64,000 nt of DNA from the human T2T-CHM13v2.0 reference genome, Homo sapiens: positions 16,256,001-16,320,000 of the forward strand of contig CP068257.2 of the NCBI GenBank assembly GCA_009914755.4. The letters run 5' to 3'. Shown here in pieces: positions 30,953 through 44,697 of this stretch. A program made the translations under genes and the position numbers. The notes under the pieces are model-generated. The model was given only the letters and a program-made list of their open reading frames with translations, was not told the origin of the DNA and made no database searches. The stretch's first letter is position 1, and each line of letters begins with the position of its first letter.

Positions 30953-31147
30953 GGCCTGCATCCTGCCCTGGGGCTCCTGCTTTCATTTTAATAGCAGCAG
31001 CTGTAGGGTGGGAACAGGGAGACCAGCACCTACATGTGCCACAATGACCAAATCCACCACTGTTTCTGCCAGAGGGAGGTACGAGTGGGCCATTCACCTT
31101 ATAGCTGCCTGCCTCCACTGCTCATGCTGATAGAATATTCTGATGGA
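30953..31147 (+). mobile_element. Isolated L1 5'-UTR fragment (~90% identical to 33686-33876 inside the L1 at 32756)
   Basis: GGCCTGCATCCTGCCCTGGGGCTCCTGCTTTCATTTTAATAGCAGCAGCTGTAGGGTGGGAACAGGGAGACCAGCACCTACATGTGCCACAATGACC ... repeats at 33686. Confidence 0.6.
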
Positions 31148-34100
31148 CCATAGAGTTGGAGCATTTGGTCCATAGTAGGTTTATCTTTTATATATAGTAG
31201 GCTTCCAATAAATAGTTGTTAAATGAATAAAGACCTCAAATGATAAATGAAAGATGTAGCTGCTCTTCCACCTACGCAACACACAGAATAAAAATCCTCT
31301 TCCTTTTTGTGAGGTTAACTAACTTTGATGGAGAAAAATTTATATTGTTACTGGAAAGGGTACAGGTATATTCAGCTGGAAGCATTTGATGATTCTTTGT
31401 TCCATTATATTGAATAGGTTCACTAGGGTTCAAAACAGGTTCAATGGCATGGTGGCCATCATAAACAAATTTAAAGTTCGAATTTAAGGGTTGTTCTCAT
31501 CTTTCAAATATTTAAAGATCTTGTAAGAATTAATATTTATCAAGCACTTATTCTTTGCAAATCCCTATGCTAGTTTTGTTTTGACATTTACTGCACAGTA
31601 TAAAAAGAATAAACTATACTCTTGTCTTCAATGAATTTATAGTCTCCCTGGAGTTCCAAGACTAGCACACATGAAAACATCACTAAAGAAGGTACAGTAT
31701 AGATCATTAATGCAAATGAGTAAGTGCCATGTCCCGGGATTAAAAGGGTTCTGAAAAGGGAAAGTCAATAAGAGGTAGAGATGCTGGGGGAAGGCTACCC
31801 AAAGAAAAAGGACCTTGAGGTGACTCCTAAAGTACAGGTAGAGTTTGGATACAGAGACAAAGCGGGGTGTCCTAGGAATAACAGCTGTATAAAGATGTAA
31901 GAAGTGCTGAGCATGGTACGTTTTAGAAAACAGATTAGAAAATAACTGCAAATTGGGTAACAGTGGGGGCCAAAGTTGGAAAAGTGATTAGGTTTTTAGA
32001 ATTGAATCTAAAAAAAAAGATGAATTCTATAACATTATTGAGTAGGAGAACAATGAAAGGATAGCCATGTTTCCAGATAATTAACCTCCTTACTTCCCCT
32101 GCTGTGGAAACCAAGTCTGTAGAATAATTGGAAGGGGAGAAATGTTTGGGGTGATTAGAGGATGGTGGGACCAGTTTACTTCTTAACTGTGAATACTGTA
32201 CTTATTGAGCTGAATTATATTTTCAAACGTATACAATAACATTTTAATAATTTAGGCTTAGAAATAATAAATCTGTATTTCAATTTTTATTCTAGGATAG
32301 TATTAGTGATAGATTCCAATCCCTGAACTTCATGCAAGTATCATAGTCACTAGAAATCCACTTAAGAGCTGAGATCCATTGGTGGTACATTTTTATTTTT
32401 TAGTAAGGAGCTGTTTCTAATGTCAACACTGGTAAACTAATGGTTTGTTGGAAGAAAAGACAGCCAACATATTCAGTCAAGAACATTTTACTTGTTCCAT
32501 GTGAAAATCCATTATAGAAACAATTTCTTTTTTTATCCTGAAATAAACATATATTGCAGAAACAGACACAGGATATTTTCATGCCTCAAAGTAATGTCTT
32601 TGGCTAGTTGCTATTGAGTACTTTCATGATGTGAATATCATCACTAACAATTCATCAATTCTAAACTAGATTTCACTTAAACTTGCAAATTTACCATTTT
32701 AATGACATATTTAAAAAGTTTTTTGAAAGAAAAAGTACAAATAAAAGTAAAATAAGGGCTTCTGGTTCAAGATGGCTGACTAGAAGCAGCTAGTGGGTTC
32801 CTCTTCCATGGAGATGAATCAAAATAGTAAATATTCACACTTTGAATAGATCATCTAAAAGAGAGAGCACAACGGAATTCATCAGAGAAGTGATGGGAAT
32901 TATGGAAAGCAAAGAAAGGTGAAGCCATGCAGCCTGCTGAGCTGGGATTGGTATGGAGCCAGGAGTAGCTCCCTGACATGGGGAAGGGCTGAGTGAGCAA
33001 CCCCTGGGGCCCCACTCCCAGTGTGGATTTTCACAATCCTAGCGATGGGAGAGCTCCCTGAACCCCCCGGGGCCTCCAGTCTAACACAGGGAACTTGCCC
33101 GGAGATTGCGCAGAGGCACTGCTTCGGCCCACATGGAATTCCACAGGCTTTTCATTCCTGAAACGCTGCAGCCTGGTACCAGCTGCTGTTGCAGTGCCAG
33201 GAGGGAGTGGGGAGGGAGTGGGGAGGCCAAGTACTTTTGCACACCCCAAAGATGTGTATCACGGCTGCTGCTGCTGCAGGGTAGAGGAGCAAGCACATTG
33301 AGCACCCTTGCTTTCACTGTTCCCGCTAAGGGGGACCTGCCTTCCCTAGGCTCACAGTACAGCCACCTTGCTTCTGCCTGAGCATTTTGGCTGTGGCCTG
33401 GCACCCTTCTGAGAGCCCAGCCCCCAGAGGCCTGCAGTCTGCCCTGGGGATCCTGCTGCTGTTGCTGCAACTGCCACCACCACTGCCAGGCCAAGGAGGG
33501 AGTGGGAAGACAGGACACCTTTGCACACCTCAGTGGTGGATACCACCACTGTTTCTGTGGGAGGAAGGTGTGAGTGGGCCAAAGGCCCCACAGCTGTTAG
33601 CTTTCACTGCTCTCACTGAGCAGGGCTACCCCTGCCTGTGCATTTTGCTGTTGCCTAGCACCCTTTTGAAAGCCTAGCCCTCAGAGGCCTGCATTCTGCC
33701 CTGGGGCTCCTGCTTTCATCTTATTAGCAGCAGTTGTAGGGAGGGAACAGGGAGACCAGCACCTGCATGTGCCACAATGACCAGATCCACCACTGTTTAT
33801 GCCAGAGGGAGGTATGAGTGGGCCATGCACCTTGTAGCTGCCTGCCTCCACTGCTCATGCTGATGGAATATTCCGCAGCTGCCTGAGTGGTCTGCCTGCC
33901 CTTTCCAAAGCATTCTGCCAGCAGCCTGGGGGCCAGCCCACCCCTTCCTATCACAGCCAATACCTGAACTGTGGGAATTTGAAGACATGTTTGCTGGTCC
34001 GGTCCTGGTTTAGTCCCTCCAGGACTCATGCACATTGTCCAGAGAGCCATTTAGGAACCTGAGGATTAGGGGATTGCCTAGCCCAGTGATGGCACCTGTT

Positions 34101-36100
34101 CATTCCCTCTGGGGTCTGAGGTTGAACTAATCCAATCACCTGACACCACCACAGAGGACTCCCACCTGCATGTACTGTAAGGCAGAACCATTCCCCCTCT
34201 CTCTATGAAGCAGCAGTGTTCCTACACTGGAGAACAGGAGAGCCACAAAGTTGTCTGTATTGAGCTGAGGGAAGAGATTCCATGCTGAAGCCATTCCAGT
34301 GAAGAATCACGGGACAGGTGTTTTCCCTGGCTTTCGGTGACATTGTGGCCTGGCGTTAGATGACAGTGTCTGCCTGAACTGAGAGTCATCAGCCCTGGCA
34401 CAAGGGTGTGATACAGAAAGAGACTGTGTTCCTGTCTGCCCAGGATGTGGAGCTGGTGGAGCCCCCTCTCCAACTGCAGCAACCTTGGCACATTTCACCA
34501 GGAGCTCCCTCAGTCACTCCCGTCAGAGCTGGTGCCTGTGCTCCTCATTGAAGTATTCATGGGTGAGCTTGGTGTTTCTGTTCCTCCCAATAAACCGAGA
34601 TCAAGCAAATACCCATCTGCTTCTGTGACAGACAGCTTTTTCCCATAAGCACCACCTACTGGTCTGGAGGTTGAACTGCAAAGCCCGATACAAAACATGC
34701 TAACAAGAAGTACACAAGGCTAAAGAATAAAAGCTAAAGGACGCTACTCAACTTATACTATAGTCACACTGTCATGGGGAAAATAATCCCATCTAAATGA
34801 AAGTAAATAAAAAACAAGAAGTGACAGCTTCTCCAGATGAGAAGAAACCAGTATAAGAACTCTGGCACCATGAAGAAGCAGTGTTGAGACATCCCCAAAG
34901 GATCGTACTAGCTTGCTAGCAATGGATTCTAACCAGAATGAAAATTCTGAAATTACAGATAAATAATTAAAAATATGGATTATAAGGAAGCTCAATGAGG
35001 TCCAAGAGAAAGTTGAAAACCAATGAAACAAAATCAGGAAAACAATGTAGCATATGAAAGAAGAAATAGATATCTTAAAAAAAGACAGGCAGAACTTCTG
35101 GAAATGAAAAATTCACTGAAGGAATTACAAAATACAGGCATGAATGAAACTGGGCCTCTATCTCTCACCATATACAAAAATTAACTCAATGTGAGTTAAA
35201 GACTTAAATATAAGACATGAAACTATGAAAATCCTCGAAGAAAACATGGGGAAAACTGTTCAGAATATTGGCCTAGGCAAAACATTTATGACTAAGAACT
35301 CAAAAGTAAATGCAACAAGAACAAAAATAGACAAATGGGACTTAATTAAACTAAAAAGCATCTGCCAGCAAAAGAAGTAATCAGTGGAGTAAGCAGACAG
35401 CCTACAGAGTGGGAGAAAATATTTGCAGACTATGCATCTGACAAACAACTAATATCCAGAATCTACAAGGAACTCAAGCAACTCTACAACAACAACAATG
35501 ACAAACAACCATATTAAAAAGTGGGTAAGGGATACAAATAGACACTGCTCAAAAGAATACAAGTGACCAACAAAGATATGAAAAAAAGGCTCAACATTAC
35601 TGATCATCAGAAAAGTGCAAACTAAAACCATAGTGAGATACCATCTCACATCAGTCAGAATGGCCATTATTAAAAAACTGAAAAACAGCAGATGTTTGTG
35701 AGGATGAAGAGAAAAGGGAACACTTATACACTGTTTGTGGGAATGTAAATTAGTACAACCTCTGTGGAAGACAGGATGGGTATTTCTCAAAGAACTGAAA
35801 GTAGGATCTACCATTTGACCCAGCAATCCCACTGTTGAGTATCTACCCAAAGGAAAATAAATCATTTTATCAAAAAGACACCTGCACTTGTATGTTTATT
35901 GTGACACTATTCACAATAGCAAAGTCGTGAAATCAGCCTAAGTGTCCATCAATGAATGATTGGATAAAGAAAACGTGGTATATATACTCCGTGAAATGCC
36001 ACTCACTCATAAGAAAGAATAAAATCATGTCTTTGCAGCAGCATGGATGGATTTGGAGGCCATTATTCTAAGTGAAAAACTGCAATGGAAAATCAAATAC

Positions 36101-37068
36101 TGAAGGGGTGCGTTGCCCCTCCACACCTGTGGGTGTTTCTCATTAGGTGGAATGAGAGACTTGGAAAAGAAAAAGACACAGAGACAAAGTATGGAGAAAG
36201 AAATAAGGGGGCCCAGGGGACCAGCGTTCAGCATACGGAGGATCCCGCTGGCCTCTTGAGTTCCCTTAGTATTTATTGATCATTCTTGGGTGTTTCTCGG
36301 AGAGGGGGATGTGGCAGGGTCATAGGATAATAGTGGAGAGAAGGTCAGCAGATAAACACGTGAGGGAAGGTCTCTGCATCATAGACAAGGTAAAGAATTA
36401 AGTGCTGTGCTTTAGATATGCATACACATAAACATCTCAATGCCTTAAAGAGCAGTATTGCTGCCCGCCTGTCCCACCTCCAGCCCTAAGGTGGTTTTCC
36501 CCTATCTCAGTAGATGGAACATACAATCGGGTTTTACACTGAGACATTCCATTGCCCAGGGACGGGCAGGAGACAGATGCCTTCCTCTTGTTTCAACTGC
36601 AAAGAGGTGTTCCTTCCTCTTATACTAATCCTCCTCAGCACAGACCATTTATGGGTGTCGGGCTGGGGGACGGTCAGGTCTTTCCCTTCCCACAAGGCCA
36701 TATTTCAGACTATCATATGGGGAGAAACCTTGGACAATACCTGGCTTTCCTAGGCAGAGGTCCCTGCGGCCTTCCGCAGTGTTTGAGTCCCTGGGTACTT
36801 GAGATTAGGGAGTGGTGATGACTCTTAAAGAGCATGCTGACTTCAAGCATCTGTTTAACAAAGCACATCTTGCATAGCCCTTAATCCATTTAACCCTGAG
36901 TTGACACAGCACATGTTTCAGAGAGCACGGGGTTGGGGTAAGGTCATAGATTAACAGCATCTCAAGGCAGAAGAATTTTTCTTAGTACAGAACAAAATGG
37001 AGACTCCTATGTCTACTTCTTTCTACACAGACACAGTAACAATCCGATCTCTCTTTCTTTTCCCCACA
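36101..37068 (-). mobile_element. HERV-K (HML-2) LTR5-family solo LTR, 968 bp, antisense, TSD AATAC(T), nested in the L1
   Basis: Minus strand reads TGTGGGGAAAAGAAAGAGAGATCGGATTGTTACTGTGTCTGTGTAGAAAGAAGTAGACATAGGAG ... GAGAAACACCCACAGGTGTGGAGGGGCAACGCACCCCTTCA, ~95% identical to my remembered LTR5_Hs consensus; AATAC at 36096-36100 and 37069-37073; L1 ORF2 end resumes at 37074. Confidence 0.8.
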
Positions 37069-37140
37069 AATACTACATGTTCTCACTTATAAGTGGGAGC
37101 TAAACAACAGGCCCACAAGAACATACAGAAAGAAATAGTA

Positions 37141-37440
37141 GGCCGGGCGTGGTGGCTCACACCTGTAACCCCAGCACTTTGGGAGGCCAAGGTGGGTGCA
37201 TCATGAGGTCAAGAGATTGAGACCATCCTGGCCAACATGGTGAAATCCCATCTCTACTAAAAATACAAAAATTAGCTGGGCATGGTGGCATGCACCTGTA
37301 GTCCCAGCTACTCGGGAGGCTGAGACGAGAATCACTTGAACTGGGGAGGCAGAGGTTGCAGTGAGCCGAGATCGAGTCACTGCACTCCAGTCTAAGTAAC
37401 AAGAGTGAAACTTTGTCTCAAAAAAGAAAAAAAAAAAAAG
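37141..37440 (+). mobile_element. AluS SINE nested near the L1 3' end, TSD AAATAGTA
   Basis: GGCCGGGCGTGGTGGCTCACACCTGTAACCCCAGCACTTTGGGAGGCCAAGGTGGGTGCATCATGAGGTCAAGAGATTGAGACCATCCTGGCCAACATGGTGAAATCCCATCTCTACTAAAAATACAAAAATTAGC ... poly-A; AAATAGTA on both flanks. Confidence 0.95.
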
Positions 37441-40176
37441 AAATAGTAGTCACTGGAGACTCCAAAAGTTGAGAGAGAGAGTGAGGGTCGAAAAATTACC
37501 TATTGGATACAATGTTCACTGATTAGGTAATGGGTACATCAGAAGCCCAAACCCCACCACTATGCAATATATCCATGTAGCAAACCTGCACATGTACCCC
37601 CTGAATCTATAAAAATAAAAAAAAAAAACACATTCTCAAAAAACAGTAAAATAAAGTAGAACACATGAAAGAAAATATATCACAAAGTGCTGAGAATAGA
37701 AAAAATAACATCCGAAAGCTCTAGAATTTGGGGTATTTCACCACTTAACACAATTTGGTAAATGACAATGGAGAGCTTTTTAATACTCAGTTCACATTTT
37801 GTCTGTCTTTCACTCTCTCTCTCTCTCTCCCTATTAGTATAGAGTGTTTTCATAAATGTTTTAAGCTTGGGCTTATCCTCAGTCAGGGTTCTTTCTTCCT
37901 TCTTTCCTCCATTGTTATTCAAGCCATTGTTATAATTTGATTTTGTTTTCTCTCTGTGTCTTAAAGTGTATTATTTTTGCTTTTCCAACTGCAAAACAAT
38001 AGTTGCATATTTTTTGGTCCCTTTAAGTTTTTATTATAACGTTTTTCATCCCACCTCTTCCTTTTATAATGTTAAATGGCAAAATGTCTATAATATTTAA
38101 AAATTTGCTTCCTCCCATCATCCTAAATATCTTATTTTTTATTATAAATAGACAAATTTATGTGCATATGTTTTGTTTGATTTTGTTTTCTGAAACAAAT
38201 TAAAATTTGTATGTTCAAAATAATGTTGTGATATGAATACTGCAGGTGTTATTTCTATTTTGGGACTGAGAAGTTAGGCCAATAGACACCTATTTATTGA
38301 ACTTCTTGAAGGATTCCTGGGCAGCCCGCAGTGCTAAGGGGAACAAAAATATAATAAGTACTAGGGATATTTTAGGAATATTTCCTGGCACCTTTTTAAA
38401 TTCTAGTATTTGCAAATATCATGAGAGAATATTAATTTCCTCATATACTTTATTCCTGGCAGCCAGGAGAGTTGAAAACAATAAAGCTCTATTGAGAGAC
38501 TGGACTGTCCAAATTGTTAGATTTTGGACCTGGCAACACCCACACCACCACCTAGTATTTCTTGAGGGTTTCATATATGGCAGGTACTGTTATAAGGACT
38601 TTTCATTTATATACTTATTTATTCATTAAAATAGCTATATGATATACACAGATTATCATAATCATTGTCATTTTATAAATAATAGGTAATGTAGGAAAAA
38701 ATGGTTAAGTAACTGCTAGTGGCCACTCAGTTGGTAAGTGGTAGAGCCATGAATTTGAATCCAGGTATTCTAGCTTGAGAACCCACAGTCTTAACCACAT
38801 ATACCTTCCATTACTCCGTATTTCTTTTCCACAGCTCACAAGCACACTCTGATTAGGGGATGACTCTCTTCTGGTGTGCGTTTAGACAAATTGTACATTG
38901 TTTCATGGCAGAGACATTTGGGATTGTTTTGAAATAAAAATGAATAATTTAAGTGACAAATGTCAAGAATTATCTTTTTTAACAAAATACATTCAATATA
39001 GTTGGATAAATTAGATATATAGATGACATAATTGATGCACAAAGTAGAAATATCTATACCAGCAGTGTATCCTGATATATTAAATCTCTAAAGAGTGTAG
39101 CATGGAGAATAATTAGGAAAGAAAGGATTGGAGAGAGATTTGGAATATATGCAGAGAAAGATTGTATCTTCTGAGGATGTTGAAGAGTGTGTAGGTTTTG
39201 AAGAAGTGATGGGTGCTGATTGAGGTGATGTAAGGGATAGAGAGAAGAGCACGAAGACAGGAGTGCATACACTATTTGAAAGCAATAAAAAGTGATGAGT
39301 GCCACATCTAAGCAAGGTGTTAAGCTCTGAATTGCAGTTTGCCATGCTTTCTTTTCCCCTTTCTGTGAGCCTGGCAATTTTTTAGACAGGGGCTGCTTTA
39401 TCAGCTTGAATTGCAGGGTGAAGAAACATGAAGCAGAGTCTTCTGACAACTCATTATCATATCGTAGAAATAGAACTTTCTTATTGTTAGCCAGGAAGAT
39501 TTTTGTGGAACTTATTAATGTAGCATTTTCTACCTTATAACACTGGTTGGCAGGCAATTTCAGTATCCCAGGCATAAAGGGCTAAGGATTCAGGCAATGA
39601 AGGACAGGAGCAAAATCTAAAAGTCATTGGGAAGGAAGGCTTGAAAGACCTTGGTGACTGATGGGTTACGAGGTACAAAGATTTAGAAGAAACTGTGACA
39701 TAACCTTAATGATTTTGGTTTGAGAAAATAAATCATCAAAATGAGGAAGCAAGGGTGGAAACAAGTGTGGAAGGTAGATTTTTAATAGGTGGGAGAGAGA
39801 CCCTTAAATCCTTTTTATGAAATTAAAGATAGTATAAGATGATGTTAAAAAAAAAAAAAAGAATCATCAGAAAGAGTCCATTTGGAAAATGTGGTAGTTT
39901 AGAGAAATTTCATAGTACTTAGAATGTGAAACAGATCCAATGGAAAGCTGTTGTTTCATTATGTTTTGTTTTAAAGTTTGGCTATACATTTGCATACTTA
40001 AAATAATAAAAACATATAGGAATCCAGCAGTGCAGGAAAGATGCCGTGGACATAAGTGGTAAAATATGAGTTCTAAGGTCCACAGAAATTAGGAAGGGAT
40101 GTGACTGAGAACATACACGGAGGGGTAATCTTTGGAGAAAGGAGAGTAAATATCTATTAAAATTTTAGAAGGAAGG

Positions 40177-40482
40177 GCCGGGCGTGGTGGCTCACGCCTT
40201 TAATCTCGGCAACGTGGGAGGCTGAGGCGGGCAGATCATGAGGTCAGGAGTTTGAGACCAGCCTGGCCAACATGGTGAATCTCTTTCTCTACTAAAAATA
40301 CAAAAATTAGCTGGGCGTGGTGGTGGGCTTCTGTAATCCCAGCTACTCAGGAGGCTGAGGCAGGAGAATCACTTGAACCCTGGAGGCAGAGGTTGCAGTG
40401 AGCCGAGATCCTGAGATTGTGCCATTGCACTCCAGCCTGGGTGACAGGGTGAGACTCCATCTCAAAAAAAAAAAAAAAAAAA
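40177..40482 (+). mobile_element. AluS SINE, ~11-bp TSD TTAG(A/G)AGGAAG
   Basis: GGCCGGGCGTGGTGGCTCACGCCTTTAATCTCGGCAACGTGGGAGGCTGAGGCGGGCAGATCATGAGGTCAGGAGTTTGAGACCAGCCTGGCCAACATGGTGAATC ... GTGAGACTCCATCTCAAAAAAAAAAAAAAAAAAA. Confidence 0.95.
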
Positions 40483-41806
40483 TTAGGAGGAAGAGGATAA
40501 ATGTAGAAATGGATATGCACTGAGATGAAATCAGACACTGGTAAAGTTCAAGATCTTGATGATCCCAGAGCATCAGTTTTCCACTAAAGTCAGTGAAGTT
40601 ATCTGCTAAGTGGGACAGAAGGAGAGGGGCAGGTGAGAGCAGAGAAAAGAGAAGTTTTGAAATTGCCACAGAGAGGAGAATACCTGGTTGTGATTACAGG
40701 ATTGCCAAACACAGAGGGCCCGTTTGAAGTTAGACTGTATGAATTCATAATGCTCCAATTCTGAATAATCCTCTGTCTTCTCTCAGTAGTGTTCAGTGTC
40801 CTGGGAACAGGCAGATCAAGCTCACAGTGAACAGGCAGAGAAAGCTCACGTTGAGGGTGATCCAGGTTTGTGATTCTTACAGATTAGGTTATTTGCACAG
40901 GTCATACTTATAGTTCTCTTTAATCTGTTCTCATTGTTTCTTCATAAAAATACAGTGTCTTTTCACAGATACATTTTATATTCCTGTGGTTCTGATGATC
41001 TTCACACTAGCTTGAAATTCATCTCTTTAACCACTGGAGCCTAGATTTCTTTTTTACACTTGGCTCTTTATAAACTATGATATTAATTTTTGGATAATTT
41101 TTCTACCTTCTCATTTTTTTCACTTTGATAGGCTTTTTCAAATAACTTTTATTGGTGAAAAAGTTATCTATAGTTTTTAATAAAATTTTGTCATCTCATT
41201 TAATTCATCTGTCAGTTACTTAATCATTATTTCATGCTGAATATGTGCCAGGTGCTATGTTAAGGGCCAAGGATACAAAGATAAAGAAAACAAGGTACCT
41301 GTCTTTGATGTGTTTATAGAGATCAAAAGTCTACTGGGCAAGTTCCTAAACTTTGTATAACTTGTGTTACAATGGCTTCTGTTCTCATTTGGTATTGGGC
41401 AAGTTCCCCTCACCCCACATACTTTTCATTAAATTTGTAATATTTGCGAATTTGAAAAGTAAATTTTCATTACATTTGGTTTATTAATACGTAGTTCCCC
41501 ACTGCTGGGGCTGATATTTATTGTTACGACCACCTTATCCCACTAGGCACCACAGTCCCCACTGGGTTTTGCCATGTTTGTGCAAAAACGCTGCCATTTC
41601 TACAGACTGTCCCAATTTCTGTTGCTGTACTAGAACGCTTAAATGTTAATGATGATTGCTGACCTATTTGGACACAAAGGCAAGGTTCTGTTTTCCTATT
41701 TCAAGTTACACTTATTGAGAGGACAAGAAATGCAGTAGATACAGTTGAATAAAAACAGCTACTGCATATATATAGATATATATATATCTGTATATAGTGC
41801 TTATGA

Positions 41807-42162
<356 letters not shown>

Positions 42163-44671
42163 GAAACCCACATTCTTTGCTTTCTAAAGGTCCAAGCTCT
42201 TCTGCAAATTCCCAGGGGCATACAAACATGTGGGCACTTCTGATTTCAATTTACTGCCTCTGCTGGATTTTTTTTCGTTTCTATCCTGTCTAATCTTGTT
42301 TCCACATAGGTATTATTTAAATATTGCTCCTTATCAATATCTACAAATAAATTATCCCTACACTATTCTGAAAATCTATTGGTGGGAAATGGGGAGAAAT
42401 GTTTATAATTTGAAAATGCAAACACATTAAAATTGAAGATTTAAAATTTTATCTTATTTTTTGGTGGTAAAAACACTTAACATGAGATCCACCCTCTTAA
42501 CAAATTTCTAAGTGTATAATACATTATTTTGACTATAGGTACAATGTTGTACAGCAGATCTTTAGAGCTTATTTGTCTTGCTTCACTGAAGCTTTATGCC
42601 TGCTGATTAGTAACTCCTCATTTCTCCTCCCCCCACCTCAGTAACTGCCATTCCACTCTCTGATGATATGGATTTGACTATTTTAGACACTGAATATAAG
42701 AAGAATCATGCAGTATTTGTCTTTCTGTGGTTGGTTTATTTCATTCAGTATAATGCCCTTAAGTTTCATCCATGTTGTCACATATTGCTGAATTTCCTTC
42801 TTTTTAAAGCTAAACAGTATTGCATTATATGTACACAACACATTTTCTTTATCCATTTCATCTGTCAGTGAACATTAAAAACAATAAAGTAATTCACAAT
42901 TAAATAATAATTAAACAATAAATATAAATGTTGATAAATAAAAAATTAAACATTACAAATCCTTATTCATAAAAGTCTGAGAATGGGCATTTCTCACTAA
43001 CCAAACATCTACCATCCTCTCAATTCCTTTCCTTCTCTGCCTCTTCTCTCTTACCTCTTTTACTCCATTCCAAAGTATTTACACTCCTCACATTGTCCGT
43101 GAATAAAATCCAGTATTAATTTGGGTTGCTTTGGATCTTCCTTCAGAATCTTTCCCTTTCTTTACCCTATGAGCTTTATCAAACAAGGTAGTTTCTCATG
43201 CAGTTTTCTTCTGAAGTAGAATTCCGGAACCCACTCTTAAGGCAATAAAACGTTCAATTTTATTACGTGTCTTATAATTTCATGAATCCAAGTGAAAAAG
43301 TGGAGGGTGTACATTGATGCAACCACTTTGGCAAACAGTTTGGCAGGACTAGATTCATGGGTGTGTAACCTGTGCTGTCATAGAGGTTTGTGAACTTAGA
43401 AGGGCCCACACTTCTTTTAGTGTTTGCTGTTGCTGTCTTGAAATTTTAATAATTTTAAAACAAGGAGCCCTGTGTTTTCATATTTCATTGGCCCAGAAAG
43501 TTCTATATGTGGTTCCACGGTCTGGCATTATTTAACACAGCTGAGCAAACTCAATGTTTCAGGGATTTCACTTCTAGATAAAAACCCAACTGCAGCTCAT
43601 ATCTATATTCACCAAAAGATATTACAGAAATATTTATCTCAACATATTGTCTATTATTCATAACAGGCAAAAATCTGGAAACAATCCCATTTTCATCACC
43701 AATGAAGAAACAAATGAATTGAGCTATATTCATACAAAGAAATACTACACAGTGAAGAAAATTCATAGTCTAGTGCTATAAATTATAGTGAACTAATATC
43801 ACCAACATAATATTAGAAAAAAAGACAAAAAGAACAGTTCAATTTACCATGAAGTCTGAGATGAAGCAATCTTATAAAGCTAGAGGAGATTATATAGTGG
43901 TAGACTTTATGGAAGAAAGGCTTATAAATAGTAACTGGGAGGAAACATGATGGAGGCCCCTGGGATTCTGCTAATAGCTTTTCTTGACCTGGAGGGGAGT
44001 TACAAGTATGTTAGTTTATAAAGCTATACATTTATATTTTATGCACTTAAAACGTTTCTTATATGCACAAAAATTTAAAAGAATGCGTAGCATGGTGTTG
44101 TTACCAAGAGAAATCAGGGTGTATCTATCTGTTGTGAGCAGGGTAGAAGCTCTTCTAAACAATCTCTGATTAAGAAACTCATTGTATTAATAGACGCTCT
44201 TCATCCCCTCTATGAGCACACTGTCAGATTCTTGAAACTCACTGAATGGTCGTATCTGTAAACTTCTCTCTTACATACCATTTCGATAAACCATCTGATT
44301 TCCACTTGGATAAGTGAACATCTATGGTAATAGAAATATATTCATGATACTTAATTTTAAAGTAAACTATTAATAAGAATTTAAGAGAATTTTCAAGGTC
44401 CAGAGTGAGACTATGCCTCAGTAGGAGTCTGGTATAAAGAAACAGAAAGCCAACATGAATTGCTTGCCATCTCTTATCTCTAAATCTTTATGTGCCCTGT
44501 TTCATTCTTGTCAGTCTTACTTTTCTAATACTCATCTACTTGGTAAAATATGGCCATGCCAAGGTTTTCAAACTCTTATGTTCCTTTAGTTCAAAAGACA
44601 AGGCAGATTGATATATTCTCAAACTGAATTCTAAATTTTGGGGAAGAAAATCCCAAAACTTAACTTGCCTC

Positions 44672-44697
44672 TTTTTTTTTTTTTTTTTTTTTTTCAT
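44672..44697. repeat. Poly(T) homopolymer, ~26 nt
   Basis: CTTTTTTTTTTTTTTTTTTTTTTTTTCATCCC; a second T19 run lies at 44824-44843. Confidence 0.9.

Larger units (their letters stand above)
32756..37645 (+). mobile_element. L1 LINE (L1PB-type) with native 5' end, ~2.6-kb internal deletion (ORF1 to distal ORF2), nested LTR5 and Alu, poly-A tail and ~12-bp TSD AGTAAAATAAG
   Basis: 5' end GGGCTTCTGGTTCAAGATGGCTGACTAGAAGCAGCTAG; 5' UTR with ~260-bp internal tandem units; ORF1 start near 34790; junction near 35150 to ORF2 C-terminus ([30 protein letters not shown]); 3' UTR and poly-A 37560-37630; AGTAAAATAAG at 32744-32755 and 37646-37657. Confidence 0.85.

Noticed and set aside
33081-33677. Antisense 145-aa ORF and other GC-rich ORFs in the L1 5' UTR, considered as a possible L1 ORF0-like gene
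   Set aside because: They sit in the tandem-repeat portion of an L1PB 5' UTR. The repeat structure creates open frames, and I cannot show conservation. ORF0 is described for younger L1PA 5' UTRs.
33100-33900. ~260-bp tandem units, and the ~100-bp tandem units at 47500-47900, considered as CRISPR or minisatellite arrays
   Set aside because: These are the known internal tandem repeats of old L1 (L1PB/L1MA) 5' UTRs. There is no spacer-repeat architecture, and the sequence is eukaryotic.
39054-39575. 173-aa minus-strand ORF in non-repeat sequence
   Set aside because: It has no recognisable domain and no obvious splice or promoter context. It is leucine- and serine-rich and low-complexity, and its length is within chance expectation for a 64-kb AT-rich window. 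I cannot support it as an exon.
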